DNA of 63,107 nucleotides, filler included, from Octopus bimaculoides (GCF_001194135.2; 5 parts of 5 records of this genome joined end to end with filler, not necessarily neighbours in it), one strand, 5' to 3'; counted from the whole stretch's first letter, positions 25,063-37,626 are shown. Translations and numbers: made by a program. Notes: generated by a model not told the origin, from the sequence alone.

Positions 25063-25535
25063 GCATCAGTAACCAATAGCATCAGTAGCCAATAGCATCC
25101 GTAGCCAATAGCATCAGTAGCCAATAGCATCAGTAGCCAATAGCATCAGTAGCCNNNNNNNNNNTAGCCAATAGCATCAGTAGCCAATAGCATCAGTAGC
25201 CAATAGCATCAGTAGCCAATAGCATCAGTAGCCAATAGCATCAGTAGTCAATAGCATCAGTAGCCAATCGCATCAGTAGCCAATAGCATCCGTAGCCAAT
25301 AGCATCAGTAGCCAATAGCATCAGTAGCCAATAGCATCAGTAANNNNNNNNNNNNNNNNNNNNNNNNNNNNNNNNNNNNNNNNNNNNNNNNNNNNNCGCA
25401 TCAGTAGCCAATAGCATCCGTAGCCAATAGCATCAGTAGCCAATAGCATCAGTAGCCAATAGCATCAGTAACCAATAGCATCCGTAGCCAATAGCATCAG
25501 TAGTCAATAGCATCAGTAGCCAATAGCATCAGTAG
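25063..25535. repeat. 16-bp minisatellite (GCATCAGTAGCCAATA)n
   Basis: About 25 visible units, few variants, two small N-gaps. Confidence 0.95.
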
Positions 25536-25876
25536 TTGCAGGAAAAAGAACATTTTCAAATGGAATTCCAGAAGGCTAATGTTCTAGAAAGTGAGTAGTG
25601 ATTAGTGCAGGGTCCTGGGAATGGGTTGTGAATGTAATGTGGGTGATAAGAAGAGAGACGAGTGAGTTAGAAATATCTAACATGAAACACCTAGGTCACT
25701 GTGGTAGCTATAGAAAGGGTAGAGAGGAAAAAAGTATATTTGTGGGCCAGATATTGGAGTGCATTGATGAACAGCCTGGCAATCAGTTACGTATTCTTTA
25801 TGAAGAAGCAGTCTAGGATGCTTCTGCATATAGCAGCATCACACTCCAGGATGTGAAAGCAAGTAATCCATTGTGT

Positions 25877-26102
25877 GGCGAGCTGGCAGAAACGTTAGCA
25901 CGCCGGGCAAAATACTAAACGGTATTTCATCTGCCGTTACGTTCTGAGTTCAAATTCCGCCGAGGTCAACTTTGCCTTTCATCCTTTCGGGGTTGATAAA
26001 TTAAGTACCAGTTACACACTGGGTCGATGTAATCAACTTAATCCCTTTGTCTGTCCTTGTTTGTCCCCTCTATGTTTATCCCCTTGTGGGCAATAAAGAA
26101 AT
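25877..26102 (+). mobile_element. Young full-length family-B SINE with 16-17 bp target-site duplication
   Basis: AAGTAATCCATTGTGTG at 25861-25877 and 26103-26119; tail ...CCCCTTGTGGGCAATAAAGAAAT. Confidence 0.9.
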
Positions 26103-26159
26103 AAGTAATCCATTGTGTGTGGTAACAACTAAGTTTTGGAGAAAGTTTCTAGTTGTTGG

Positions 26160-26317
26160 AATCTGAAGTAGCTTCAAAATTTTGATGATGAGCTTGTAAA
26201 TTTTTAGAATGATGTTGTAGAATAGGTGTGAGAGGCCAGATCTGGTTGGTTTGAGTATATAAAACAGGTAGAATATATTTGGGCCAGATACAGCCAGTTT
26301 AAATACTAAAGGGTCAA
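26160..26317. mobile_element. piggyBac-type MITE, partial
   Basis: GGTGTGAGAGGCCAGATCTGG...CCAGTTTAAATACTAAAGGGTCAA end shared with the other copies. Confidence 0.7.
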
Positions 26318-26937
26318 AAAGCAACACATTGAATAATGGAGCTGATAACGATAATGAGTCCTAAACACTATATCTGAATTCTGATCAAAAATGGGATGTT
26401 TAAGAGCTGCTGAATGATCAGAGCTGACTGTGAACAAAACAATAACAAAAACAAATATCTCACTAATCCCCTTCCTCTTTTGTTATTGAAAGATCAGGTG
26501 TGAACATGGGCTTTCTACTTCAACAACCCCTAAGTGTGAAATGATACAAGATAAAATATTTTTGGTGAACAATGAAGAACTAAAAAAATTTGAGCAAGGT
26601 GTTCAAAGCAATTTATTGAAAACTAATTTTCCTTTTACTTCTTTATCCAAAGCCATTAATGCAGTGTATTAGAGCTTATACAAGTAGTACAAGTCTATCT
26701 AAACATTGGAGAAACAACTTCCTCCCTGCCAGATTATAGCAAACTTATTTTTGACACCTCAGCCATGGTGGATTTTTTATTCACAGCTATAAAGGTAGCA
26801 AAGTCTCATAACCATTTCAAATAACCATTTCACATCACTTTTGCCTTCAATCAGTAATTCTTTGAAGAAAGCATGAATATTTCAACTTCAATTTATTGTT
26901 AAAACTTTAGGTTTGGGTCATGCTTACATACAAAATA

Positions 26938-27130
26938 TACGATGGGGTGCTGAAAAATTAATGGCTTTAAGGGTACTGTAAAAGGTCTGTTTTGGATGCC
27001 CAACTATGTGAGTTCTTTTACAGGGCTTAGAAAAACTGAAGGACTACTGCAATTGAATAAAATCATAATTAACCGATCCTCCTGTATTTTCTTTTACCCA
27101 AAACCAGGGACTTTTCAGCACCACTTTATA
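26938..27130 (+). mobile_element. mariner-derived MITE
   Basis: TACGATGGGGTGCTGAAAA ... CTTTTCAGCACCACTTTATA inverted ends; internal AGGGCTTAGAAAAACTGAAGG shared with the 29797 and 30739 copies. Confidence 0.75.
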
Positions 27131-27852
27131 AGCACTTCGATTAGAACAACTACCGCGACCACCACTACAAACATTACAATCATTATCACTACCACTACCA
27201 CCAAACCACCAGCAACACTACCACTATCTCTATAATTGTTTAGAAGTGTTAGAAATAAAATTACATCTTTTCAACAAAAACTTACAAACCAAATCTTTAC
27301 AAAATATATATTTTCTTTTCTAAGTTCTTTAACATCAATTCACAACACACACACACACATCTCTCTCTCTCTCTATTTCCCTCCCTTTCTCACATTTCCA
27401 CTTCCTTCTCTCTTCTCTTTCCTCTCTGGAATATCAACAACTACTGTGCAATTGAAAAGCAGATACTCAACGACTTTGTTTTGTTTTTTTTATCAACACT
27501 ATTATTATTAATTATTTCTATAAAGCTTTTCTTTTGGTTTCTTTGTTTCTCTTTTTTTTTTGTATTCATCTTTCTCCATAATTCTGCTTCTTCATATATT
27601 TTTTTTATTCAACAGGAAAACACAATCAACAAGTTTAGCACAGATCACACAGCTGACATCTCTTTTTCTACATATCAAATCAATAAATTCAAGTGGTGAG
27701 CAGAACAGAATAAAAATGGGGGAAAGTGCAATGAAAACAAGATGAGTTATCACTTACAACCATTTCTTTTAATTTCTATTGTAGATTTCTACTAAGATAA
27801 ACTATCAAAGGTTTTATTAAATAAATGAGTTATGTCGAAGTACGCAAATATA

Positions 27853-27905
<53 letters not shown>

Positions 27906-28520
27906 AATATACATACATACATACGTACGTATATACATATATTAGTGTGGCTATAATTAATTCCAGCTTAACAACGGTTTGCATACATCAGCAAATTATT
28001 TTTTGCTGTTTATATACAAGAACAGCAATTCTTAGTGGGCTATGAACAATGGATTCAGTGTCTGTAGCTGACGAAGCGTAATGATGCAGAAATGTGTGCC
28101 CTGTAGCCCAATGATGTCATTCATAACCCTGTGCAGTGTATTTTCACACACATTGTCTGTAAGGAGAATTCTTCTCCTGAGACAGTTTGGACAGCAAAGG
28201 TCTTCCCATGTCTGAATGCACATGAATGTGTTAAATAATATAAAATTTGAATCAGTAGTGCATATAAAAACTTTTGACTCAAACGTGCTGCAAACACTAG
28301 CTTCATAACAAGTGCTTCAAATTTTGGCAGAAGGCCAGCAATTTTAAGGGGAGGGGATCATCAATTAGATCAAATCCAGTACTTGACTGGGACTTTATTT
28401 TATCGACCCAGGAACGATGAATGACAAAGCCGACATCAGCATGATAATGATGGTCATTCCCATTGATTTCAGCATATGAGTGTTTGAAGGAGAGGATTTA
28501 TAATTAAAAAAAAATAAGGA

Positions 28521-28744
28521 TTAACCCTTTAGCATTCAGATTTCTCTGTCAAATGTAAATGTTTGTTTATTCACATTGATTTGAATTTGCCATGCCTCAC
28601 CTTGTAGCTTTGAGATTTAATGGTGTGATTCTTTTTTAGAACAACACTGTAGGGTAAGTGTGAGAGGCTAGATCTGGCCAGTTTGCAACTAAGACATTAA
28701 ATTATTTTGGCTGGATGCGGCCAGTTTAAATGCCAGAGGGTTAA
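28521..28744. mobile_element. piggyBac-type MITE
   Basis: TTAA-CCCTTTAGCATT ... AATGCCAGAGGG-TTAA. Confidence 0.85.
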
Positions 28745-28934
28745 GCAATCAGCACTTCATTACAAAGCTGTCCTCATCCATCTGCACCACATGTCTATAG
28801 CAGAGCAGTTTGCTCTCTTGCAAACTACATCTGATTCCTCTCATACTGTTTTTCTCTCAACACATCTGGACTTTGTATTGCATGCACACTCATGTTGCAC
28901 ACCCAGAGGAGCATGCTTGTGCCATATCTTTCTC

Positions 28935-29004
<70 letters not shown>

Positions 29005-29302
29005 TCACTCACTCACTCACACATAAATAGAGAAAAACAGACAGATAGACATACATATATACATACATACATACATACATACAAACATATAGACACACAT
29101 ACACACACACACAAACAAAAAAGTTACACACTCATACTCCCAATTTCTCTCTCTTTCTCTCTCCCTCTCTCTCATACACACACACACACACTCAATCACA
29201 CAAATAGAGAAAAACAGACAGATAGACATACATACATACATACATACATATAGACACACATACACACACAAACAAAAAAGTTACACACTCATACTCTCAA
29301 TT

Positions 29303-29411
<109 letters not shown>

Positions 29412-29796
29412 AGCACGTAGGTACATATCTAAGAGAAGCAGCAAAATCTATAGCACAAAGCATAAAAGAAAACAGAAAGAGAGAAAGTGAATCAAGCAGA
29501 TAAATAACAAGAGAAATGGATAGAATATTGAATCCTTAACAGCTCTTTTGATTCAAAACCAACCTGAGACCTCCTCTAGTCCTAAAGTCAAAAGTATCTC
29601 ATTTCTAACCTCCTTTAATACAGATCCACCAAAGACAAACCCTGGATGTACTTGATACAAATCCATTTAAATCATAAACCTCCATCATAAGAACCCTTTG
29701 CTTAGACATGCACCAAACACCAGATTAAAGGGGACAAACACAGGTTATTTCACTAAATCCTCCCAAATTCACAGTTATTTTAGAAATTAATAGAAA

Positions 29797-29958
29797 CATG
29801 GTACTGAAAAGTTCTTGGTTTCCCAATTCTTTTACAGGGCTTAGAAAAACTGAAGGACTGCTGTAGTAAGTGTGTGAATCAGAGAATATGTTGATTAAAA
29901 ATCATAATTAACTGATCCTCCTGTCTTCTCTTTTACCCAACTTTTCAGAACGCCTCGT
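29797..29958 (+). mobile_element. mariner-derived MITE
   Basis: GTACTGAAAAGTT ... AACTTTTCAGAACGCCTCG ends; the interior resembles a mariner C-terminal coding end. Confidence 0.7.
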
Positions 29959-30479
29959 TTATTTTATTGCATTTATGGTCACACAAGAGCTGAAGTATTT
30001 GTATTTAAATTAAAAGCTTCACACCATAATTTTTATAACAACCTTTTAGTTAAGTTAGATTACCTTCCAAATACCATCTTTGTAATGAATAAAGCTAATT
30101 ATTTTACTAAATCCTTCCCTTTCTTGACAATTTACAAAATTCACAGAAATACATAGATAGCATGTTTGTATTTTGTTGCAACTATTGTCATAAAGGGGTT
30201 AAAGATAGGTGCTGCCAGTGTTTTACCTATAAAGGAAAAACATATAACAAGAAATACAACAATCGATAAACTGATCAATATTCAAACAGCAAATAAGTGA
30301 TCAGAGAAGTTGTTTGAATATAAAATTTAGAAATACAAAATTGTCAATAACTGAAGAATAGAATATTGGAAAAAAGAAACAATGTCTGTGTGTACATCTT
30401 GGTATTTGTGTGGTGCTGGGAAAACTGTGAAGTATGGAAGAAACATATCAAGAACGCCCACAGTATGTAATTACAATGG

Positions 30480-30720
30480 TTTCATACTTTGGCACAACGC
30501 CAGTAATTTTGATGGGCGGAGGCCAGCTAATTAAATTGACCCCAGTACTCGACTAGTACTTTATTTTATTGACACCAAAAGGAAGTAGGGCAAAGATGAC
30601 CTCAGTGGAATTTGAACTCAGAACATAAAGAGCCAGGAGAAATGCTGGCACACTAACAATTCTGCTAGCTTGCTGTCTTTATAATTCTTTTGAATTTTGG
30701 TTCAAGGCCAGTGATTTTAG
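30480..30720 (-). mobile_element. CpG-eroded family-B SINE
   Basis: GTACTTTATTTTATTGACACC...GACCTCAGTGGAATTTGAACTCAG. Confidence 0.7.
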
Positions 30721-30738
30721 GAAGAGCAGTTAGTCAAT

Positions 30739-30898
30739 TACAAGGAGTTGCTGAAAAGTTCCTGGCTTTAAGGGTATCGTGAAAGGCCTGGTTGGAGGCC
30801 CAATTAGGGCTTAGAAAAACTGAAGCACTGCTGCAATAAGTGTGTGAATCTGAAAGGGGAATATGTTGAATAAAATTAATTTATAATTAACTGATCCT
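30739..30898 (+). mobile_element. mariner-derived MITE running into a gap
   Basis: TACAAGGAGTTGCTGAAAAGTTCCTGGC start; AATAAGTGTGTGAATCTGAAAGGGGAATATGTTGAATAA resembles the mariner C-terminal KCV.L.GEYVE*. Confidence 0.7.
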
Positions 30899-31009
30899 NN
30901 NNNNNNNNNNNNNNNNNNNNNNNNNNNNNNNNNNNNNNNNNNTTAATTAATTAANNNNNNNNNNNNNNNNNNNNNNNNNNNNNNNNNNNNNNNNNNNNAT
31001 AATAATAAT

Positions 31010-31280
31010 GAAACGGGCTGATTACTACCTAGATCAGATTCCAGGAAACCCCAAAATGCCCATATCCTACGTAAAATACTGTCTATGTGATCTCAAATTT
31101 TAAAGCAAACATAATTTTCTTATGGTTTCTTAAACATTCACTTGAACAAAACTGTACAAATACAAATATATGGTACCCTAGGCATAACACCTACATGAAC
31201 TTCTAACTTGTTGTCTCTTGAGGTCTCTGGGTGAGACTTGGATCCAACTTGTACAAATGCAAAACAAAAGTCAAACATAA

Positions 31281-31345
<65 letters not shown>
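31010..31345 (+). mobile_element. R4/Dong-like LINE 3' end with (TAA)n tail (3' UTR differs from the 8189 copy)
   Basis: ADYYLDQIPGNPKM followed by CCCATATCCTACGTAAAATACTGTC (HILRKILS-like), a 3' UTR and (TAA)n. Confidence 0.75.
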
Positions 31346-31346
<1 letters not shown>

Positions 31347-31639
31347 CCTGCTAGCCTTGGCTATGTCAAGATGGTTTCTTTGTCTTCCCGCTTAGATTTG
31401 TCACAACAGTAATATGTCCATTCTACTGAAATTATGTTTTCAGTAAATTTTTCTGTATCCTTGTGCAGCTGAAGATTGCTCTGCGTTTTAAATTTAATGT
31501 AATGCTCGCATTACTTAAATAAAGGGAGTAGCATGAAACGTGCGTACTGCAATAACCTTAAAAATCCGTGTTGCTTTTTTGATTTTATATATATATGCAT
31601 ATATATAGTTCAAATTTACAGGAAACAAAAGATGAAGAG

Positions 31640-31950
31640 AGGTGAGAGAATAACAAACAGGTGTATTAGTTTGAGACTCGGGCAGAATGCAAAAGTTTTT
31701 GAGGTTTCGAGCTTATGCTCTTCGACAAGGGGGGAAAATGGAGGGAGAAAAAATGTGTAGGAATTAATGACTTATGATAAAATGACATATGTTTATATAT
31801 TCATAAATGTGTGTGTGTGTCTGTATGTGTGAACCAGCCTACGTAGTAGACATATATATTTATTTATTTCTCCGTAGATCGAAAACAATAACTTAACAGT
31901 CTTAATCGAGTTTCGACCCTTACTGGAGTCTCACCAGAGGTGTCCAAATC
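31640..31950 (-). mobile_element. Penelope-like terminal-repeat fragments with degenerate hammerhead-like cores
   Basis: Minus strand TTGTCGA-A-GAGC-ATAA-GCTC-GAAACCTC (31701-31728) and CTGGTGA-GACTC-CAGTAA-GGGTC-GAAAC (31910-31937). Confidence 0.5.
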
Positions 31951-32375
31951 ACTTGATTAACCGCAAACATACATACATGCATACAGACACACACACACAC
32001 GTGCGCACACACATAAATATCCCGCTGGATAGCAAAACAATAATTGCAACAAAAACTACATTATCAATAGAACAACAAGAATCACCATCAACAACAGCTA
32101 CAACAACAACAGCAATAACAACAACAAAAGTTCCTGAGTTCTTTTGAGAGATCACCACGACAACTATTACGACAAAAATAACATCCTCAGTGAAAACAAC
32201 AAAATTATCAACAACATCAACAATAACAACAGCAACAGCAGTAACAACAATAAAAAAAAACCTGGATACATAATCAAGGCTGTAGAATTATACAATAAAA
32301 TTGTCAACAACTTGTACAGATAGATATTATCTCACTGCCGATGGTCTTTATGTATACTTAAAACAATAAACATGC

Positions 32376-32458
<83 letters not shown>

Positions 32459-32600
32459 TAATAAGCAATGTTTATGGCAATAATTTGTTTACAATCAGAT
32501 GTTGGAATGCCAGACACATAAACGTGTCAGGTGACAATATTACGATTAACTAAGAAATCATATTTTCTTTCGGCATTTATTTCATTATCTCCTCTCTTTT

Positions 32601-32646
<46 letters not shown>

Positions 32647-33274
32647 TCTCTCTCTCTCTACTTTTCTTTCTCTCTCTACCTTTTTATCTCGCTCTTTTTC
32701 TTCGTCATTCACCGTATATTCCTCCATTACTCTTCGATGTTTCCAAATTTTATTGTGTATGGAGGTGGGTGTAGGACTTCTCTCATATTCACAGAAAACG
32801 TGGGTTCGAGTTCCGAGGTGGTATAATCTCCTGGGAGAGAAATAATTTTGCGGCTGAGGATAGCTTTACATTGTAAATTATACACATATTATATTATACA
32901 CATATAAAGCTTGAAACACGTGTACCGCGGAATCCTTTGTAGTTTTGTTGTATGTACATATGCGTAGTAGCTCACCTTTATGCAAATCACATAACAATCC
33001 AAATAAGTCTTCTTTCAAGTTTTTTTTTTCTCAATAACTCATTACACCTCTCTTCCAGCCAGTATTAACTTCTTTTGAATCCCCACCAATAGCCTGCACT
33101 GAATTTTCAAGCCCTCTCTTTGTATTGGTCTTTTACTGCTGAACTGCTAAGTCACCGGTTGTCGAACGGTGATGGGAGACAATTACAAGCACAAGCAAAC
33201 ACACAAACAGGTGCTCCAGCATGACCACAGTCCAGTGACTGAAACTAGTAAAGGGTAAAGGGATAAATACATAT

Positions 33275-33436
33275 ACGACGTTTCCTTCAATTTCCATGTA
33301 CCAAATCCACTGACAAGGCTTTGATCAGCCAGGGACTATAGTAGAAATCATTTACCCAAGATTCCACGCATTGAGACTGAACCCGGAACCATGTGGTTGG
33401 GAAGTGAACTTCTTACCACACAGCCACGCCTACACC
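33275..33436 (-). mobile_element. Family-A SINE
   Basis: Same layout as 28-191 (CCAAATCCACTGACAAGGCTTTG...GACTGAACCCGGAACCATGTGGTTGG). Confidence 0.8.
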
Positions 33437-34456
33437 TAAATATAAAACTAACTTCTTTATCTTTAGCGAATGAGAAGAAACCGATATGACTGTTGTTTTG
33501 TAATGCCCCCGTGAATTCTAAATAAATCTGCGCATTGGGCGGTAATCTTGTTAGTGTTTTGTATAGCTTATACTGAATTCTTTGTCTATATTTAGATTAT
33601 GCACTTATTAATCTCAGTTCGAGTCCTTTTAGATAAAGTATTACACCATACAAAAATATCATACAGATATTTCTGCCAAAAATATCGCCGTCTCTAATCG
33701 AATATTATATTACAGAAAACTGATTTGTTTATTNNNNNNNNNNNNNNNNNNNNNNNNNNNNNNNNNNNNNNNNNNNNNNNNNNNNNNNNNNNNNNNNNNN
33801 NNNNNNNNNNNNNNNNNNNNNNNNNNNNNNNNNNNNNNNNNNNNNNNNNNNNNNNNNNNNNNNNNNNNNNNNNNNNNNNNNNNNNNNNNNNNNNNNNNNN
33901 NNNNNNNNNNNNNNNNNNNNNNNNNNNNNNNNNNNNNNNNNNNNNNNNNNNNNNNNNNNNNNNNNNNNNNNNNNNNNNNNNNNNNNNNNNNNNNNNNNNN
34001 NNNNNNNNNNNNNNNNNNNNNNNNNNNNNNNNNNNNNNNNNNNNNNNNNNNNNNNNNNNNNNNNNNNNNNNNNNNNNNNNNNNNNNNNNNNNNNNNNNNN
34101 NNNNNNNNNNNNNNNNNNNNNNNNNNNNNNNNNNNNNNNNNNNNNNNNNNNNNNNNNNNNNNNNNNNNNNNNNNNNNNNNNNNNNNNNNNNNNNNNNNNN
34201 NNNNNNNNNNNNNNNNNNNNNNNNNNNNNNNNNNNNNNNNNNNNNNNNNNNNNNNNNNNNNNNNNNNNNNNNNNNNNNNNNNNNNNNNNNNNNNNNNNNN
34301 NNNNNNNNNNNNNNNNNNNNNNNNNNNNNNNNNNNNNNNNNNNNNNNNNNNNNNNNNNNNNNNNNNNNNNNNNNNNNNNNNNNNNNNNNNNNNNNNNNNN
34401 NNNNNNNNNNNNNNNNNNNNNNNNNNNNNNNNNNNNNNNNNNNNNNNNNNNNNNNN

Positions 34457-34640
34457 GTCTGCTACAGAGACATTGAGCATGCTTCGGCAAGCTTACGGCG
34501 ACGAGAAAATGGGTCGTACGCAATGTTTCGAGGGGCACGGGCGCTTCAAAAGCTTAAGAACGTCCCTGGAAGACGATGAGCGATCTGGGAGACTTACCAC
34601 GAACGTCACCTCCGGGAATGTGGTATCGTGCATCAAGAAT
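34457..34640 (+). mobile_element. mariner transposase N-terminal HTH fragment
   Basis: SATETLSMLRQAYGDEKMGRTQCFEGHGRFKSLRTSLEDDERSGRLTT matches the mariner HTH and DDERSGRP linker. Confidence 0.85.
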
Positions 34641-35368
34641 TCGACGTTTCAATGCTTTTTGTTTTCTATTTATTTCTTTTTGAGGTGTTGCTGGTTTCCT
34701 AGAAACTTGCCAAGGCACAAACACGTTAACGTTAACGGTATTACGCCAAGTATGAACTGATCATAAAAGGAACTGCATGTCTACATGTTGCCACAACCAA
34801 GGGGTCGTATAACCCCAGCATAACACTGCAACACGTTTAATTAAATATTATATAAATTATAAACAAATACATGCATCTGTCCCGGCACCATATCTTTTTT
34901 TACAGAATTTGCATATTTCGTCCACGCTATTTAGCATACATTACAATAATTAGGAATAATTATTGAATAATTAAATTAGGAAAAATTCTCAGAACTATTT
35001 GAACTTTAAATTCATGACATTTAAATGGATCTCATGGCATCTCGGATAATCTCTCTGATTTTTTTCTTTTATTTTTCAGAATTTGCATATTTTGTTCACC
35101 CGATTTTGCCGATATTCTAATAATTTAAGATAATTAATTAAATTGATAAAACGAGAAAACGTAAGTTGGTGTCTCGACCAATCTTTCTTTAAGACAGCTT
35201 GCTTATTTCGTTCGCTCGAATTTGCATATTTTTAAGTAGTTATAATCAATTATCAATTGATTGGGAAAATAATACCGCCAGTGATTGATATCTTAGACAA
35301 GCTTCTCGATTGTCCTCCTGCACCGATACATTTGTGTATGTGCATGTGTCTGTATATATTCATGCGTA

Positions 35369-35404
<36 letters not shown>

Positions 35405-35414
35405 NNNNNNNNNN

Positions 35415-35448
<34 letters not shown>

Positions 35449-35925
35449 CAAATTAAATGGAGAAAGTTCAAATCAGGTAAATCACAATGTACATATATGT
35501 ATACTGATTTAATCAAGATAAAAATTGTCCGAAAAACATATATTGATATATTAAAAATACATAAAAAAATATATTAATATTAAGATATATATATGGACAT
35601 ATACAAATATAGTAATAATATAATGAAGTATAGAATTGTAGGTTTTTTTAAAAACAAAAGAAATATATATAGTGAAGAGAAAATAATAGGCGTCAAAAAC
35701 ATATTTTAGGTTACATAAAAACATCAAAATATTCCTACGTCCGTTTCAGGGGTTCAATCCTCCGAGTAAAAAATTACTCTTAAAATTCATTTTCAGAGAA
35801 CGTTCCCCTCTATCCGTTGTTTGGCTTTTTTGATCAAGTGTGTTGTACAGGATTGGAACAATTTACTGCGTTAATTCTTCTTGGTTGGTATTCTCGATCT
35901 GAGTAAGTTCTCATACCCTAACAAT

Positions 35926-35959
35926 TAACCCTAACCCTAACCCTAACCCTAACCCTAAC
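35926..35959. repeat. Short interstitial (CCCTAA)5 telomere-like repeat
   Basis: Five perfect CCCTAA units at 35929-35958. Confidence 0.85.
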
Positions 35960-36242
35960 ATTGTGACGGTGTAAAATGTATATCGTTATTGGAAGAGTTG
36001 ACACTGTTGTGTATGCCTGCTTCATGAATATATATTGAATTTTCTCACGGTGCCCAGCCCTAACTAAAGCAGCATAATCAGCTACATGTGATTCCAGATC
36101 TTTTTTTATTATCGGATAATCTAGAAATTCTTGAAGAGATATTCTTTCTCACTGCTGTATTATCGAGTGTGGGTGGTTGAATGCAACATTTATGTACCTA
36201 ATATACTCATTTGGATCATGAAATGGTTCGGATAATCCAGTA

Positions 36243-36335
36243 TCAAGACAAGGTAGCGTCAAGAAAATCTAGTTTACGATAATCCTTTCCCATAGTAATG
36301 TTTAGTCCTAAATTTTTAAAAACTCTAAAGAAATG
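36243..36335 (-). mobile_element. Penelope-like RT fragment
   Basis: RVFKNLGLNITMGKDYRKLDFLDATLS resembles the PLE RT motif GL.ITIE.....VNFLDVTL. Confidence 0.55.
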
Positions 36336-36364
36336 CTTCCTATATATATGTGTGTGTATAAGAT

Positions 36365-36515
36365 AGGCTTCTACACAGTTTCTGTCAACCAAATTCACCC
36401 TCAAGATATTAGTTGGCTCAGGATAGTAGAACACAAAATGTCACACGTCAGGACCGAACATGAAATCCTTTGTTGCAAAGCGAGTTTCTTAACCACAGAG
36501 CCACGCCTACATCTG
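36365..36515 (-). mobile_element. Degenerate family-A SINE
   Basis: GGCTTCTACACAGTTTCTGTCAACCAAATTCAC...CTTAACCACAGAGCCACGCCT. Confidence 0.65.
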
Positions 36516-36988
36516 TTAATATATTTACATCTATATTTACTTTTGCCTGTGTACGCTTGTTTATTGCTTTGTTTTTGTTTTTGTTTTTTTGTGTATGTAT
36601 TCTTTGCTCTACAATATTTACAAGTTTCCAACAAGAAAGTGCTTTCGAAGCCTGCAGCTTCAAACAGAGTTTACAACTACATTTGTTACTGAGAAAAACT
36701 TTTTGTTAAGCAAAGAAAACAAGAAAGTCTTTTTCCCTTCAAGCAATTCGTTTATAATCACTCACACTCCTCCAATAAAAAGCTAAATATACACGCATCT
36801 TTCTGCAGTTATTAAAAGAACTATAATTAATAAAACCATTTTCCTGAAATACAAATTCATTAAAATATGTTTCAATGCATTCTGAATGGAAAATGCAAGC
36901 TTCCAGACTGACTCGTATGGTATCCAATGATGATGATGATGATGATAATGATGATGATGATAATGATTTCTTTTATTGGCCACAAGAA

Positions 36989-37153
36989 CCCAAGATATTT
37001 AAGACAATATCAAAAGATATGGACCTGCCCCATGACAAAAACTGGTGGGAACACAAATCCCCGCCAGTGCTTGAAAATCACCACATCTCATTCCTTTGGA
37101 ATTTCACAGTTCAAACTGACAGAAAGATAAACGCGAATAGGCCAGACATTATA
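36989..37153 (+). mobile_element. R4/Dong-like LINE fragment leading into the RLE domain
   Basis: DLPHDKNWWEHKSPPVLENHHISFLWNFTVQTDRKINANRPDII matches the WD..IQTD..I.ANRPDI motif. Confidence 0.85.
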
Positions 37154-37554
37154 TTCTTTTCTACTCTAGGTACAAAACCCGAATTTTGGGGGAAAGATTG
37201 GTGAAAGTGTAAAGGTAGAGCCAACGTGAAATCGTGCACCAGGTTGTCTGGTGTTCTAGAAATAGCAGTAAAACTTCTCCCAGATCATACATTGGGTTGA
37301 AGGGTGCAATGCACCATGTATATTGCAGTCATCCTATATACCAAGCGACAAGTCCTGTTGCTGTCTCTGCTCACTACAATGCTTCAATGTTGGTGTACCC
37401 GGTCAATTGATAACCCCCTTGTCCCATCATAAATTTTTGTTCTATAATATAATTTGTACCTACACCTGTAGGTATAGATATACCGGTATATGGTTGGTAT
37501 ATTTGTAGAGGACTCAATTACGATGTATTAATATCAAAAATGATATCCATTACT

Positions 37555-37626
37555 TCACACAGCATAGTTTCGATCCACAGACCTGTGGTTCATGGACCTA
37601 GCACATTTCTGCTATGCTACTTCGCT
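37555..37626 (-). pseudogene. Initiator tRNA-Met (CAT) pseudogene
   Basis: The 72-nt minus strand AGCGAAGTAGCATAGCAGAAATGTGCTAGGTCCATGAACCACAGGTCTGTGGATCGAAACTATGCTGTGTGA aligns without gaps to metazoan tRNA-iMet as I recall it. It keeps the CAT anticodon and the initiator-type GGATCGAAAC T-loop; the acceptor stem is broken. Confidence 0.75.

Noticed and set aside
25063-25535. Regular short repeats suggesting a CRISPR array
   Set aside because: Units are head-to-tail with no unique spacers, there are no cas genes, and the context is eukaryotic.
35926-35959. Telomeric repeat as a chromosome end or fusion scar
   Set aside because: Only five units, internal, with no subtelomeric context; more likely part of a dispersed repeat.
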